Assembly (NCBI GenBank): GCA_040755855.1
Contig: JBFMAD010000006.1
Span: 32,001 to 96,000 of the forward strand
Direction of reading: 5' to 3'
Source: Planctomycetota bacterium
GTDB taxonomy: Bacteria > Planctomycetota > Brocadiia > JAADGH01
Length of the DNA: 64,000 nucleotides
Positions 27,747-36,999 of the stretch are shown here, piece by piece; the stretch's first letter is position 1, and each line of letters begins with the position of its first letter. The notes under the pieces were generated by a model. The model ran no database searches. It was not told the DNA's origin and worked only from the letters and a program-made list of their open reading frames with translations. The translations under genes were made by a program, and so were the position numbers.

Positions 27747-27984
27747 TTTCAGCAAGGCCCGTCGTGGGGCGGTGCTTCCCGCGTCCGGGAACAAGGTGAG
27801 GATCACCATCCGCCTCGACAGGGACATCATCGAATGGTTCAAGCGGCAGGTGCGGGCGGCCGGCGGCGGCAACTACCAGACGCTCTTGAACCAGGCGCTG
27901 AGGGAGCACATCCGCAACCGTAAAGAACCCATCGAGCAGATCGTTCGACGGGTCGTCCGCGAGGAACTCCACGCGGCGCACTGA
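27730..27984 (+). CDS. brnA: BrnA family antitoxin
   Basis: YDFSKARRG...KVRITIRLDRDIIEWFK...YQTLLNQALR; overlaps brnT. Confidence 0.95.
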   Translation: MKAKYDFSKARRGAVLPASGNKVRITIRLDRDIIEWFKRQVRAAGGGNYQTLLNQALREHIRNRKEPIEQIVRRVVREELHAAH

Positions 27985-28039
27985 TGCCACAGGGGAACGG
28001 ACGAAGGCCAGATTGACAAGAATGTCGTGAGGAACGCGG

Positions 28040-28915
28040 ATGCCAGACAAGAAATGTCTCTTTTGCGACGGCCCTCTCACCGGCCGCAAGTCACGTGACC
28101 ATCCCTTTCCGATGTGGCTTCTCACCCATCTCGGTGTCTGTGACGAAGATGTCGAACCCACACATATCGGTTATGAGAAAGAATTCCAGAACGGCGTGGC
28201 CAATATAGTACGCGAGTATGTGGCCGAGCAACGGAGTCATCCTATGCAAGCATTCGTTGCAGGTGGTGTTTGCGCCAAGTGCAACAACGGCTGGATGAGC
28301 GATATCGAGACGCGTGCAAAACCGGTGCTGATGCCCTTTATCGACGGTCAACGGACCCTTACGCAGTCGCGGCATGACCTTCCTGATCCTGAGTCCCTGG
28401 CTATAGCGCGATGGGCTGTCAAGACAGCTTACATGATTGACCGGGCTACGCCGGGACAGGACACCGTTCCCACCAACCACTTGCACGCTCTCCGCTCAGA
28501 CCCCAATCGGACTCCCCCGGGCGTGAGGGTGTTCGTAGGCCATCAGTCATCAGACGCCAAGGTCAGCTGGTGGAGTTCCCCTACATGGTTTGGCATGCAT
28601 CTCGAAGACGTCAGTGGATATGATGCCGAAGCCTTTGACCGGCTAATCGGTGCCTCTTACAAAATCGGGATGGTGGTTGGGAAGCTCTTGCTACTCGTCG
28701 CGTTCTTCCCGGACAATGCTTGGGCTATGGTGATAGCTAAAGGAATCCACCGCTTGCTGTGGCCCCCGGACGCGCGAATTGGTGAGGTGCCATTCGACCC
28801 GGAGCACCCCGTTTCGGTCGCGGAGCCTTTGCTGAAGGTGTTTAACGGCAACCTTCGCATCGTGCATAAACCGTCTCTGGATCGGGCACCAGGCATGATG
28901 CAGGACTTGGTCTAA
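28040..28915 (+). CDS. HNH-like (Cys4 Zn) endonuclease-domain protein
   Basis: CLFC...SRDHPFPMWL...VCAKCNNGWMSDIE; atypical codon usage. Confidence 0.65.
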   Translation: MPDKKCLFCDGPLTGRKSRDHPFPMWLLTHLGVCDEDVEPTHIGYEKEFQNGVANIVREYVAEQRSHPMQAFVAGGVCAKCNNGWMSDIETRAKPVLMPFIDGQRTLTQSRHDLPDPESLAIARWAVKTAYMIDRATPGQDTVPTNHLHALRSDPNRTPPGVRVFVGHQSSDAKVSWWSSPTWFGMHLEDVSGYDAEAFDRLIGASYKIGMVVGKLLLLVAFFPDNAWAMVIAKGIHRLLWPPDARIGEVPFDPEHPVSVAEPLLKVFNGNLRIVHKPSLDRAPGMMQDLV

Positions 28916-28989
28916 CCTGCTTCCCCACCAATGCCGCCGTTTCGGGAGAGTTCCTTGGCCCGGGCCAATCAATCGGACACGACCCTACC

Positions 28990-29799
28990 CTACTTCAAAT
29001 GCGCCTTGCTCCGCGTTGACTCAAGTGCCACATCTTGCTTTGCCTGCCCGATGACGTTCATTGCGATCTTGACGTCTTCCTCCACCTCCTCGGGGCTGAG
29101 GAAGCCGACGGCGACGGTGTCCTTCGGCGCAATGACGCTATAGACGTACGGCAACCCCTCGTGCGGCGTGACACGGCCGGCGGCCAGCGGCTTGATGCAG
29201 ATGCACGGCTTCTTCGCGCCGCGGATGACGCTCGACTGCCACGGCGTCTCCACATGGCACAGGAAACCGAGGACGTTGATGATCTGGACGTAGGTCTCCA
29301 CGTCATAGCCCGCCTTGTCGCAGACGCGGGGCGTCTCCGGGCGGTGCGTGCTCACGCCGGGGATCATGCCGAGGTCGCGCACCATCTTCGTGATCTCCTC
29401 CAGGCCGATGATCCGGTTCTCGCCCTGGACGATGTGCGAGTCGGTGAAGCTGGGGTGCGGCAGGCAGAACGTCACGTCGTGCTCCGCGCACCACTTGATC
29501 CCCTTCTTGCACTCCTCAAGCGTGCCGCCCGGCGTGCAGACAAAGTGGACCTTCACCCCAGTCTTGTCCTGCACGATCCGGATGGCCTGGTGCGTCTTCT
29601 CCTCGATCCCGCCGATGATGGCGTTGACGCCGAACTCCGTGCACTTCTCCAGGACCTCGACGATGCGCTCGACGGTGAAGTATCGCCTCTGCCAGACGCT
29701 TCGCGCCTGGGTGAAATGGCTGTGTCCGAAAAACGGGTTCGTGCCGCAGATCATGCGACTGATCTCGATGCCGCCGATGGTCGTCGTGGGGAGCTTCAT
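28990..29799 (-). CDS. Aldo/keto-reductase-like hypothetical protein
   Basis: LPTTTIGGIEISRMICGTNPF, PGVSTH, IKPLAAGR; AAGGA RBS; the ORF-track extension to 31038 is a shadow of the + strand gene. Confidence 0.65.
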   Translation of the reverse strand: MKLPTTTIGGIEISRMICGTNPFFGHSHFTQARSVWQRRYFTVERIVEVLEKCTEFGVNAIIGGIEEKTHQAIRIVQDKTGVKVHFVCTPGGTLEECKKGIKWCAEHDVTFCLPHPSFTDSHIVQGENRIIGLEEITKMVRDLGMIPGVSTHRPETPRVCDKAGYDVETYVQIINVLGFLCHVETPWQSSVIRGAKKPCICIKPLAAGRVTPHEGLPYVYSVIAPKDTVAVGFLSPEEVEEDVKIAMNVIGQAKQDVALESTRSKAHLK

Positions 29800-29970
29800 C
29801 GTTACATCCTTCCATTCTTCCTGAAAACGATAATCCAGATTCCAACATTCTCGCACGATCTCCCGCCCGAAGTCAATAGCTCTCCATCCTTCGGGATTTC
29901 GCTTGACTGAGAACTTGAACCCGCTATTCTCGTTCTCGGACCGATTTCCCCAAAAAGGAGCGGAAAAGGC

Positions 29971-31098
29971 ATGTTCAAGAAGGTCCTCGTTCTCTCGGCC
30001 TCGGTCGGGGCGGGGCACGTCAGCGCAGCGCGGGCGGTCGAGAAGGCGTTCCGGGAACTGGGCGCGGCGGAGGAGGTCCGGCACATTGACACCCTCGAAT
30101 ACACCAATCGCATCTTCCGCGCCCTCTATGGCAAGACCTACATTGACCTTGTAAACAACGCCCCGGAAGTCCTCGGGTGGATTTACGACCACCTGGACGA
30201 GCCGTGGAAGCACGTCCGCCGCCGACTGGCCTTCGAGAAGCTGAACACGGGGCGTTTTGTCAAGATGCTCCGGGAGTACGAGCCGGACGTCGCCGTATGC
30301 ACCCACTTCCTCCCCGCCGAAATCCTCGCCTGGCTGAAGGCGAAGAAGGGACTCGCCACCCGGCAGGCGATCGTCGTCACGGACTTCGACGTGCATGCCA
30401 TGTGGCTGTGCCGCCACTACGAGCATTACTTCGTCGCCCTCGATGAGACAAAGGTGCATCTTAGCAAACTCGGCATCGCCGCCGACAAGATCACCGTCAC
30501 CGGCATCCCTATCAATCCTGTTTTTGCCCTGAACAAGGACAAGAAGGAGATGCGACGGAAGCACGGCCTCGATCCGAGCAAGACAACACTCCTCATCTCC
30601 GCCGGCGGATTCGGCGTGGGACCCATCGAGCACCTCATCCAGTCCATCCTGGAGCTGCGGCATGAGGCGCAGGTCGTCGTAATCTGCGGCCGGAGCGAGA
30701 AGCTCAAGCGCCGGATGGATCGGCTGGCGGAGCGCGTCCCGAAGGGCTGCCGCGTCTCGCTCAAGGTGGAGGGCTTTACGACGGAGATGGACGAGTTCAT
30801 GGCCGCGTCGGACCTCGTCGTCGGCAAGCCCGGGGGGCTGACCACATCCGAGGCCCTCGCCAAGGGACTTGTATTCGTGATCGTGAATCCCATCCCCGGC
30901 CAGGAGGAGCGCAATTCCGATCACCTCTTGGAGGAGGGGGTGGGCATCCGATGCAACAACCTGCCGGCCATGGCCTACAAAATTGACCGGCTCTTGGACG
31001 ATCCGGAGCGTTTCGCCGCCATGCAGGCGAACGTCCACCGCCTCGCCAAGCCGCAGGCGGCCTATGCCATTGTGGAAAAGCTCCTGGAAATCGGATGA
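29971..31098 (+). CDS. MGDG synthase/UgtP family glycosyltransferase (GT28)
   Basis: SASVGAGH, PDVAVCTHF, TDFDVH, TGIPI, GKPGGLTTSEAL, PIPGQEERN. Confidence 0.92.
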   Translation: MFKKVLVLSASVGAGHVSAARAVEKAFRELGAAEEVRHIDTLEYTNRIFRALYGKTYIDLVNNAPEVLGWIYDHLDEPWKHVRRRLAFEKLNTGRFVKMLREYEPDVAVCTHFLPAEILAWLKAKKGLATRQAIVVTDFDVHAMWLCRHYEHYFVALDETKVHLSKLGIAADKITVTGIPINPVFALNKDKKEMRRKHGLDPSKTTLLISAGGFGVGPIEHLIQSILELRHEAQVVVICGRSEKLKRRMDRLAERVPKGCRVSLKVEGFTTEMDEFMAASDLVVGKPGGLTTSEALAKGLVFVIVNPIPGQEERNSDHLLEEGVGIRCNNLPAMAYKIDRLLDDPERFAAMQANVHRLAKPQAAYAIVEKLLEIG

Positions 31099-31137
31099 TC
31101 CTCTTTCCCCGCTCGACCTGATGCTCGAAACCCAAGT

Positions 31138-31174
31138 GCAAAATTCACATTGGACACATCAATGTGAATTTTGC
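31138..31174. promoter_or_regulatory. Perfect AT-rich inverted repeat (15-bp arms), candidate operator
   Basis: GCAAAATTCACATTG-N7-CAATGTGAATTTTGC, 80 nt upstream of ATG 31254. Confidence 0.55.
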
Positions 31175-31253
31175 CCTGGAAACATGCACGCAAATGGGCA
31201 TTATGTTATGGAATAAGGTTCTAAAGGTCAAACGCCCCGGAGGAGACAAGACG

Positions 31254-32258
31254 ATGAACGATGAGAAGAAATACCCCTCGCTCACGCTGCGGCCGTATCT
31301 GGCCTTGTGCGTGGTGTGCTCTCTCGGCGAAGGTCCATCTATGCCGCAGGAGGAGAAGCTCAACGATGTCCTTCGGCAGATCAGGGAGAACCCCGATATG
31401 CCTGTCGCCCTCCGATGCAATGCAGGCGACGTTTATGTATATCAGGACCGCGGGATCGCAGAAGACACCCCCGAGAGCGTCGAGTTCAACAGGAAGAGGG
31501 ACCTGGACATCCTGGCTGCGCTCGATCTGGCGCCGGGGAGCGTGCTGCCGGCCAGGACGTTGTTTCATCTGGTATTGAAAACGATCCCCACGGCGCGCGG
31601 CATATGCTGCTACGACGCCGTCACGTCCGATGCATGGCGGGGCTGCCCGAGGGCGGGAAGCGGCTGCTACGAGAAGGGCCGCGAGAAGGGGACCGCCGCC
31701 ATCATCTCCCCACGAGGCGAAGATGAAATGGCTAAGGAGAAAGAAAAATCCCTGGCGGCAATGTATGCGGCGGAGGCAATATCCATCCGACCGCATATTC
31801 TGCTGTGCGCCGTCTGCCAGTATGGCGGAGGAACCCGGCCGCCTTTCAAGCCGGACAACCTGCCGGAGTTCATCCAACACATCCTGAAGAATCCCGACAC
31901 ACTGGTCGCCCTGGCTGAGGGCGCGGATTGGATGATGTGTGCGCCTTGCCCGAGGCGCGTGCCCGAGCTGAACGCATGCGTCAACGTCCTCGGCTCCGGG
32001 GGACTGTCCAACCAGAAAAGGGACTTAGATGTGCTCCAGGTACTCGGCCTGTGCTATGGCAGCACGATGAAGGCGAAGGATCTCTATCGGCTCATCTTTG
32101 AGAGGATTCCCACAACCAGAGAAGTCTGCCGCAGGCAGAATCTGCCCCCCTCCGTCTGGTGGGATGGCTGCGGGGAGAACAATGACAGGAACCCGCGAGG
32201 GAACGAGAACTACGAAAAGGGCAGGGAGATGCTGAAGAAGGAATTCGAACTGATCTGA
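31254..32258 (+). CDS. Cys-rich protein with two tandem DUF1284-like domains
   Basis: LRPYLALCVVC / IRPHILLCAVC, KRDLDIL / KRDLDVL, YEKGRE twice; GGAGG RBS. Confidence 0.65.
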   Translation: MNDEKKYPSLTLRPYLALCVVCSLGEGPSMPQEEKLNDVLRQIRENPDMPVALRCNAGDVYVYQDRGIAEDTPESVEFNRKRDLDILAALDLAPGSVLPARTLFHLVLKTIPTARGICCYDAVTSDAWRGCPRAGSGCYEKGREKGTAAIISPRGEDEMAKEKEKSLAAMYAAEAISIRPHILLCAVCQYGGGTRPPFKPDNLPEFIQHILKNPDTLVALAEGADWMMCAPCPRRVPELNACVNVLGSGGLSNQKRDLDVLQVLGLCYGSTMKAKDLYRLIFERIPTTREVCRRQNLPPSVWWDGCGENNDRNPRGNENYEKGREMLKKEFELI

Positions 32259-32410
32259 CCCGTGCGCGGGGGCGGCGGATAGGACGAAGATTCGCTCAGA
32301 AGCAGCGCAAACGCCCTGTGTCAGTCTGTGGTGCGTAGCCCCCGTACAGCAAGACGGAGGCGGCCAACTCCACCTCCGTTTGCATGAATCCCCCCCGACC
32401 GTCGGCACGG

Positions 32411-33094
32411 TCAATCTTTGAAGAACTCCACGTCGGTCTTCTTGAGCATGCTCTTGTTATATTTCTTGAGTTTCATGGGCGCCATCCCCGTCTCGGATCC
32501 CGGGATGCTCCACGTCACAACATTCGGTCGCGGGCCTTTGACGTCGTAGACGAAACCGTCGTGGATACAGGCAAGCGACCAACCGCAGGCCCCCGGCGCA
32601 ACTGTCAGGTCCGTCTTGAGCATCTCCTGAATCCTCTTGTAACCCACCTTGTCGGCGACGGACCGCTCCTCCTTGAAATAGTTCACCAGGCTTATGAGGG
32701 GGTACTTCCTGGCTTCCGGCGTCTTTTCGGTCTTGTCCTTCTCGTTCTTCTTTGGGGGAGTGTAGTAGAAGTGGGCGTCGCCGCCATAGGCGCTGAACTT
32801 CACCGGCTCCTTTCCCTTCTTGTTGTCAATGAACACGAGAAAGAACATATACCCCTCGCCCTTGTCCTCCTTCACCAGCTTACGGCACCGCTCGTGGACT
32901 TCCGGGTCAACGCAGTCGAGGGGGATAATGGTGTACTCGACGCCCAGTTCCTTGTCTGTGATTTCCCAGCAGACGGGTCCCGGAGGTCGAGAGATCTCTT
33001 TCTTCGCGTCCTTTTTCGCGTCCTTCTTTTCCTGTGCCACCGAGCAGTTGCAGATCAATGCAAAAATGATACTCAGGATGAACCAGCGTTTCAT
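32411..33094 (-). CDS. Secreted hypothetical protein
   Basis: GGAGGT RBS; signal peptide; Lys-rich. Confidence 0.75.
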   Translation of the reverse strand: MKRWFILSIIFALICNCSVAQEKKDAKKDAKKEISRPPGPVCWEITDKELGVEYTIIPLDCVDPEVHERCRKLVKEDKGEGYMFFLVFIDNKKGKEPVKFSAYGGDAHFYYTPPKKNEKDKTEKTPEARKYPLISLVNYFKEERSVADKVGYKRIQEMLKTDLTVAPGACGWSLACIHDGFVYDVKGPRPNVVTWSIPGSETGMAPMKLKKYNKSMLKKTDVEFFKD

Positions 33095-33382
33095 CGTTTA
33101 CACCTCCCGACCCCGCGTGCGCGGGGCATTTCTCCGGACAGACGCGAAACCGTCGGCATGTCCTTATTATTCTTGCCTATTCGCGGTCGAATGTCAAGCC
33201 CCCATTTGCATTTTTTCGCCTTCTCCTCTTCCCTTTTTGTAGTTGCGCCAAAGGCCGAAAAGGGCCTCCCGAGGACGCGATGCGAAGGGGGGGTGTTATC
33301 TCCTTTTTGAAGACATAGCAGTATTGCGCCGCGCCCTCGCGCGTATTTTTCCGGGAGTTCGTTTGGTAATTTTAAATGTTTC

Positions 33383-33414
33383 GCTCGTTCCGAGACTTCA
33401 CCTCGGAACCGAGC
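33383..33414. repeat. Intergenic REP-like hairpin
   Basis: GCTCGTTCCGAG-N7-CTCGGAAC(C)GAGC. Confidence 0.45.
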
Positions 33415-33568
33415 ACTGGTCAGATTCCGCCCGGCTCCTCGATTATGTAGGGAGTTCGTTCGGTAATTTCTACCCTTGTGGTGTAAATGAATGCATTCAT
33501 GGCGGTGACGCGGTACATTCTAACTCCATCGAACTCTTCCCCTATGGGCAGAAAGTCTTCATAGAAGT

Positions 33569-33597
33569 ACCATACCCCACAAATAAGGAGTTGTCAA
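33569..33597 (-). promoter_or_regulatory. Sigma70 promoter pointing into an AT-rich intergenic region
   Basis: Minus strand TTGACA-17-TATGGT. Confidence 0.5.
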
Positions 33598-33776
33598 GCC
33601 CGATCAGAAAATACATTCTAAATAGATGTATATCACTTTCCTATTAGTGATGTTAGAACTCGGCGAAAAAATCACGACGGAGATGCACCCAAAGCCGACC
33701 CCGCCCTTGAAAGCCTCCGCAAAATCTGCTATCTGCAAGACATGTCGAAAACACGCCCCCGATGGAAGGAGACTGT

Positions 33777-35186
33777 ATGAGGCCCATGAATATGGTTGCG
33801 TGCGCTGTCACGACTTTAATGGCGGTTTATTTCACCGCCGCCCCGGCTCAGGAGAACAAACCCGTGGAACAACAAGCCAAAGCGGAGGGATACCAGGGCA
33901 TCTGGTACTACAACCAGAAACTCAAGAACGAATACGTCTACAAATACAGCGGCGGACTCGGCACCTATCCCTCCAACCACATCCCCTTCTCGATCTACTC
34001 GAAGGACGCGAACAAGACCTTCTTCGTCTATGGCGGACACGGCATCGTCAACGGCAAGCCCACGCTTTTGGAGATGGTCTCCCACTACGACCACACTACC
34101 GGCACGGTCCCGCGCCCGACGATCCTCATGGACAAAAAAACTGACGACGCCCACGACAATCCCGTGATCTCGCTGGATGAACAGGGCCACGTCTGGGTCT
34201 TCGCCAGTTCACACGGCACTGCCCGGCCGTCATATATCTTCAAGAGCCGGAAGCCATACGACACGGACGCCTTCGACCTGGTCCTCGAAACGAACTTCTC
34301 CTACCCCGAGCCATGGTACTTCAAGGGCAAGGGATTCCTCTTCCTTCACACGCGCTATCAGAAGGGCCGGTGCCTCTACTCCATGACCAGCGCCGACGGT
34401 ATAAACTGGTCGGAGGGCCGGATGCTTGCCAAGATCGCCCAGGGGCATTACCAGGTAAGCTGGCCCTGCGGGGAGAAGGTCGGCACGGCCTTCAACTACC
34501 ACCCTGCCAAGGGCGGCCTGAACTGGCGGACAAATCTCTATTACATCCAGTCCGACGACTTCGCCAAGACCTGGAAGAACGTCCAGGGCGAGGCGGTTGA
34601 TGTCCCCTTGACCGAGATCAAGAACAAGGCCCTCGTTCACGACTACGAGGCGGAAAAACTCCTCGTCTATATCCAGGACATCAACTACGACGCGGCAGGC
34701 AATCCGATCATCCTCTATATCACGAGCAAGGGCTTCGAGTCCGGTCCCGAGAACGGTCCCCGCGTCTGGACCACGGCGCGGTGGACGGGCGTGGAGTGGG
34801 ACATCCGCGGCACAATCGCCTCCGACAACAATTATGACACCGGCGGCCTGCATATCGAACCGGATGGGACATGGCGGATCATCGGCCCCACCGAGACCGG
34901 TCCCCAGCCCTACAACCCCGGCGGCGAGATCGCCGTCTGGACCAGCACCGACCAGGGCAAGACGTGGACGAAGCTGCGGCAGGTCACGAAGGACAGCCCG
35001 TTCAACCACACCTACGCCCGGCGTCCGGTCAATGCGCACCCCGACTTCTACGCCTACTGGGCCGACGGCCACGGGCGGCAGCCGTCCGAGTCGCGGCTCT
35101 ACTTCTGCAATCAGACCGGCGAGAAGGTCTTCCGCCTGCCTTACACGATGAAGGCCGATCAGGAGAAGCCGGAACAGGTGAAATAG
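33777..35186 (+). CDS. BNR repeat-containing (BNR_4-like) secreted protein
   Basis: Signal peptide; DAHDNPVI, FSYP, Asp-box repeats SADGINWS, SDDFAKTW, STDQGKTW. Confidence 0.85.
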   Translation: MRPMNMVACAVTTLMAVYFTAAPAQENKPVEQQAKAEGYQGIWYYNQKLKNEYVYKYSGGLGTYPSNHIPFSIYSKDANKTFFVYGGHGIVNGKPTLLEMVSHYDHTTGTVPRPTILMDKKTDDAHDNPVISLDEQGHVWVFASSHGTARPSYIFKSRKPYDTDAFDLVLETNFSYPEPWYFKGKGFLFLHTRYQKGRCLYSMTSADGINWSEGRMLAKIAQGHYQVSWPCGEKVGTAFNYHPAKGGLNWRTNLYYIQSDDFAKTWKNVQGEAVDVPLTEIKNKALVHDYEAEKLLVYIQDINYDAAGNPIILYITSKGFESGPENGPRVWTTARWTGVEWDIRGTIASDNNYDTGGLHIEPDGTWRIIGPTETGPQPYNPGGEIAVWTSTDQGKTWTKLRQVTKDSPFNHTYARRPVNAHPDFYAYWADGHGRQPSESRLYFCNQTGEKVFRLPYTMKADQEKPEQVK

Positions 35187-35216
35187 AGGAAGCAGAAGAG
35201 ACGTGGCTACGGAGGA

Positions 35217-36113
35217 TCACCGCCGCGCGACAATGTCCATGACCGGGCCAGGGAAGATGCGGCGCAGGAGCGGGCCGGGCCAGTCGTCGCCATCGGCGAA
35301 CCGCCTCACCCGTTCGCAGAGGCGGGGGCAGCATTTCTCGACAGCCCGGATGAGCTTCGCATGGTGCGGGGGAAAGGCGATCGGCGCGATGAGGAACCGG
35401 AAGAAGACCGTCGAGACGCCCGCGTCCAAGTGAACCACATCGAACCCCGCCGCCCGAAGCGCAGCCCGGAGGCTGTCCGGCGAAAAATGGAAGAGGTGAT
35501 AGGGAACGGCCCAGCCACTCCACCGCATACCCAGGACCCTGGCATCGTAGCTCCCACAATTCACGATGCGGATGACAAGGACGCCATCGGGTTTGAGCCA
35601 TCGGCGGCATCGCCGCAGGACGGTCCCCGGTTGGGACAGGTGCTCCAGCGCATCCCAGAATGTGACGACATCAAAGGTCCCCTCCGGGAAGTCCGCCTCA
35701 GTCGCACTCTTGGCGATCACGTTGACACCGAGCCGCCGGCGGGCCTCCTCTGCGGCCCAGGTGGAGACCTCGATTCCTTTGACCTCCCACCCCCGCCGGG
35801 CCGCCTCGGCCAGAAACCCGCCCGTGCCGCAGCCGACATCAAGAAGTGCGCCCGGCGTTTTGAATCGCTCGACCAGGGCGATACGCCCCGCCGCCGAGTG
35901 TTCGGCGCGACTTTTTGTCTCGACGCAGACGCTGTGGAAATAGGGCTCGTCGTACAGGTGCGCCATCTCCTGCGGCGTCGGGGGGGCGTCGAGAAATCCG
36001 AGACCACATGCGCCGCAACGCGCCAGCCGCCGGCCGCTGATGACTTTCCATGGCCGGATTTTCGCAGAGCTACAGATCGCGCAGATTTGGGTCTCAGGGG
36101 TCCACATAGTCAT
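35217..36113 (-). CDS. Class I SAM-dependent methyltransferase with N-terminal CxxC pairs
   Basis: LLDVGCGTG, FDVVTFWDALEH, HLFHFS; ATGA overlap with upstream paralog. Confidence 0.9.
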   Translation of the reverse strand: MTMWTPETQICAICSSAKIRPWKVISGRRLARCGACGLGFLDAPPTPQEMAHLYDEPYFHSVCVETKSRAEHSAAGRIALVERFKTPGALLDVGCGTGGFLAEAARRGWEVKGIEVSTWAAEEARRRLGVNVIAKSATEADFPEGTFDVVTFWDALEHLSQPGTVLRRCRRWLKPDGVLVIRIVNCGSYDARVLGMRWSGWAVPYHLFHFSPDSLRAALRAAGFDVVHLDAGVSTVFFRFLIAPIAFPPHHAKLIRAVEKCCPRLCERVRRFADGDDWPGPLLRRIFPGPVMDIVARR

Positions 36114-36997
36114 CTTGGCCGAGCGACGGCGGTGACTTCCCTCCCGGTGAAGGCGCCCCGGATCAGCCGGAAGGAACGGCTTTCTCCGCGCGCGGCAGGG
36201 ACAGCCGACAGTGCGGGACACGGGCCCTTACCCTTTTGCACCGCATCATCCGCCAATCCGGGCCGCCCGCGCAACAAATTCCGCAAGGACCAGACAAGGG
36301 TGGAGATTTTCGTTTCCATGCGCCCAACGACGAACCCATTCCTATCCAGGAGATTCCGGAGGGTCATGGGGGTAAAATGACTCATGTGCAGGGGCAGGGA
36401 CCAGTGCGGCCAGTTCCTGCCATAAACCCATGCGTCGAAGCTCCCGCAGTTGGGCGCGCGAACGATCAGCGCGCCGTCGGGTTTCAGCAAGATCTTCATC
36501 CTGCGCACGACCGCCGATGGGTCGCGCATGTGTTCCAGGGAATCCCAGAGGGTGATCACATCGAAGGACGACGCCGGCAGGTCAATCTCCAAAATGTCGC
36601 CGACATGCACAACATTGCCCAGTTTTGCACGGGCCTTTTCGGCCGGATAGCCAAGCACCTCTACGCCGACGACGGACCACCCCTGCTCTCGCGCTGCGAC
36701 CAAAAACGATCCCACGCCGCACCCCACGTCCAGGAGCCTTCCCCCGCCGCGAAACGGCGCAATTGCCGCAAGGCGGTCGGCGACGGCGCCCGGGGCGATC
36801 TCCTCCCGTTCGATCTCGCCACCGTACATCCCGCCGATGCGTTCCTCTGTCAGGAGCGCCTCCAATTCCTCCGGGGTTGGCCGAGGATTCAGATAGGCGA
36901 AGCCGCACTGCGTGCAGCGACAGATCACCCATCCGCCAATCCGTCTCCACGGCGTCTTGTCCCGCGAGCCGCATAGGGCGCAGTTCACCCGCTCCAT
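36110..36997 (-). CDS. Class I SAM-dependent methyltransferase with N-terminal CxxC pairs
   Basis: CALC...CTQC, LLDVGCGVG, FDVITLWDSLEH; GAGGA RBS. Confidence 0.9.
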   Translation of the reverse strand: MERVNCALCGSRDKTPWRRIGGWVICRCTQCGFAYLNPRPTPEELEALLTEERIGGMYGGEIEREEIAPGAVADRLAAIAPFRGGGRLLDVGCGVGSFLVAAREQGWSVVGVEVLGYPAEKARAKLGNVVHVGDILEIDLPASSFDVITLWDSLEHMRDPSAVVRRMKILLKPDGALIVRAPNCGSFDAWVYGRNWPHWSLPLHMSHFTPMTLRNLLDRNGFVVGRMETKISTLVWSLRNLLRGRPGLADDAVQKGKGPCPALSAVPAARGESRSFRLIRGAFTGREVTAVARPR

Positions 36998-36999
36998 AG

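Noticed and set aside
29800..31038. N-terminal extension of the 682-aa minus ORF
   Set aside because: Antisense to the clear GT28 gene; real start at 29799 has an RBS
33243..33647. 134-aa plus-strand ORF in the AT-rich gap
   Set aside because: TTG start, no RBS, no codon bias or motifs
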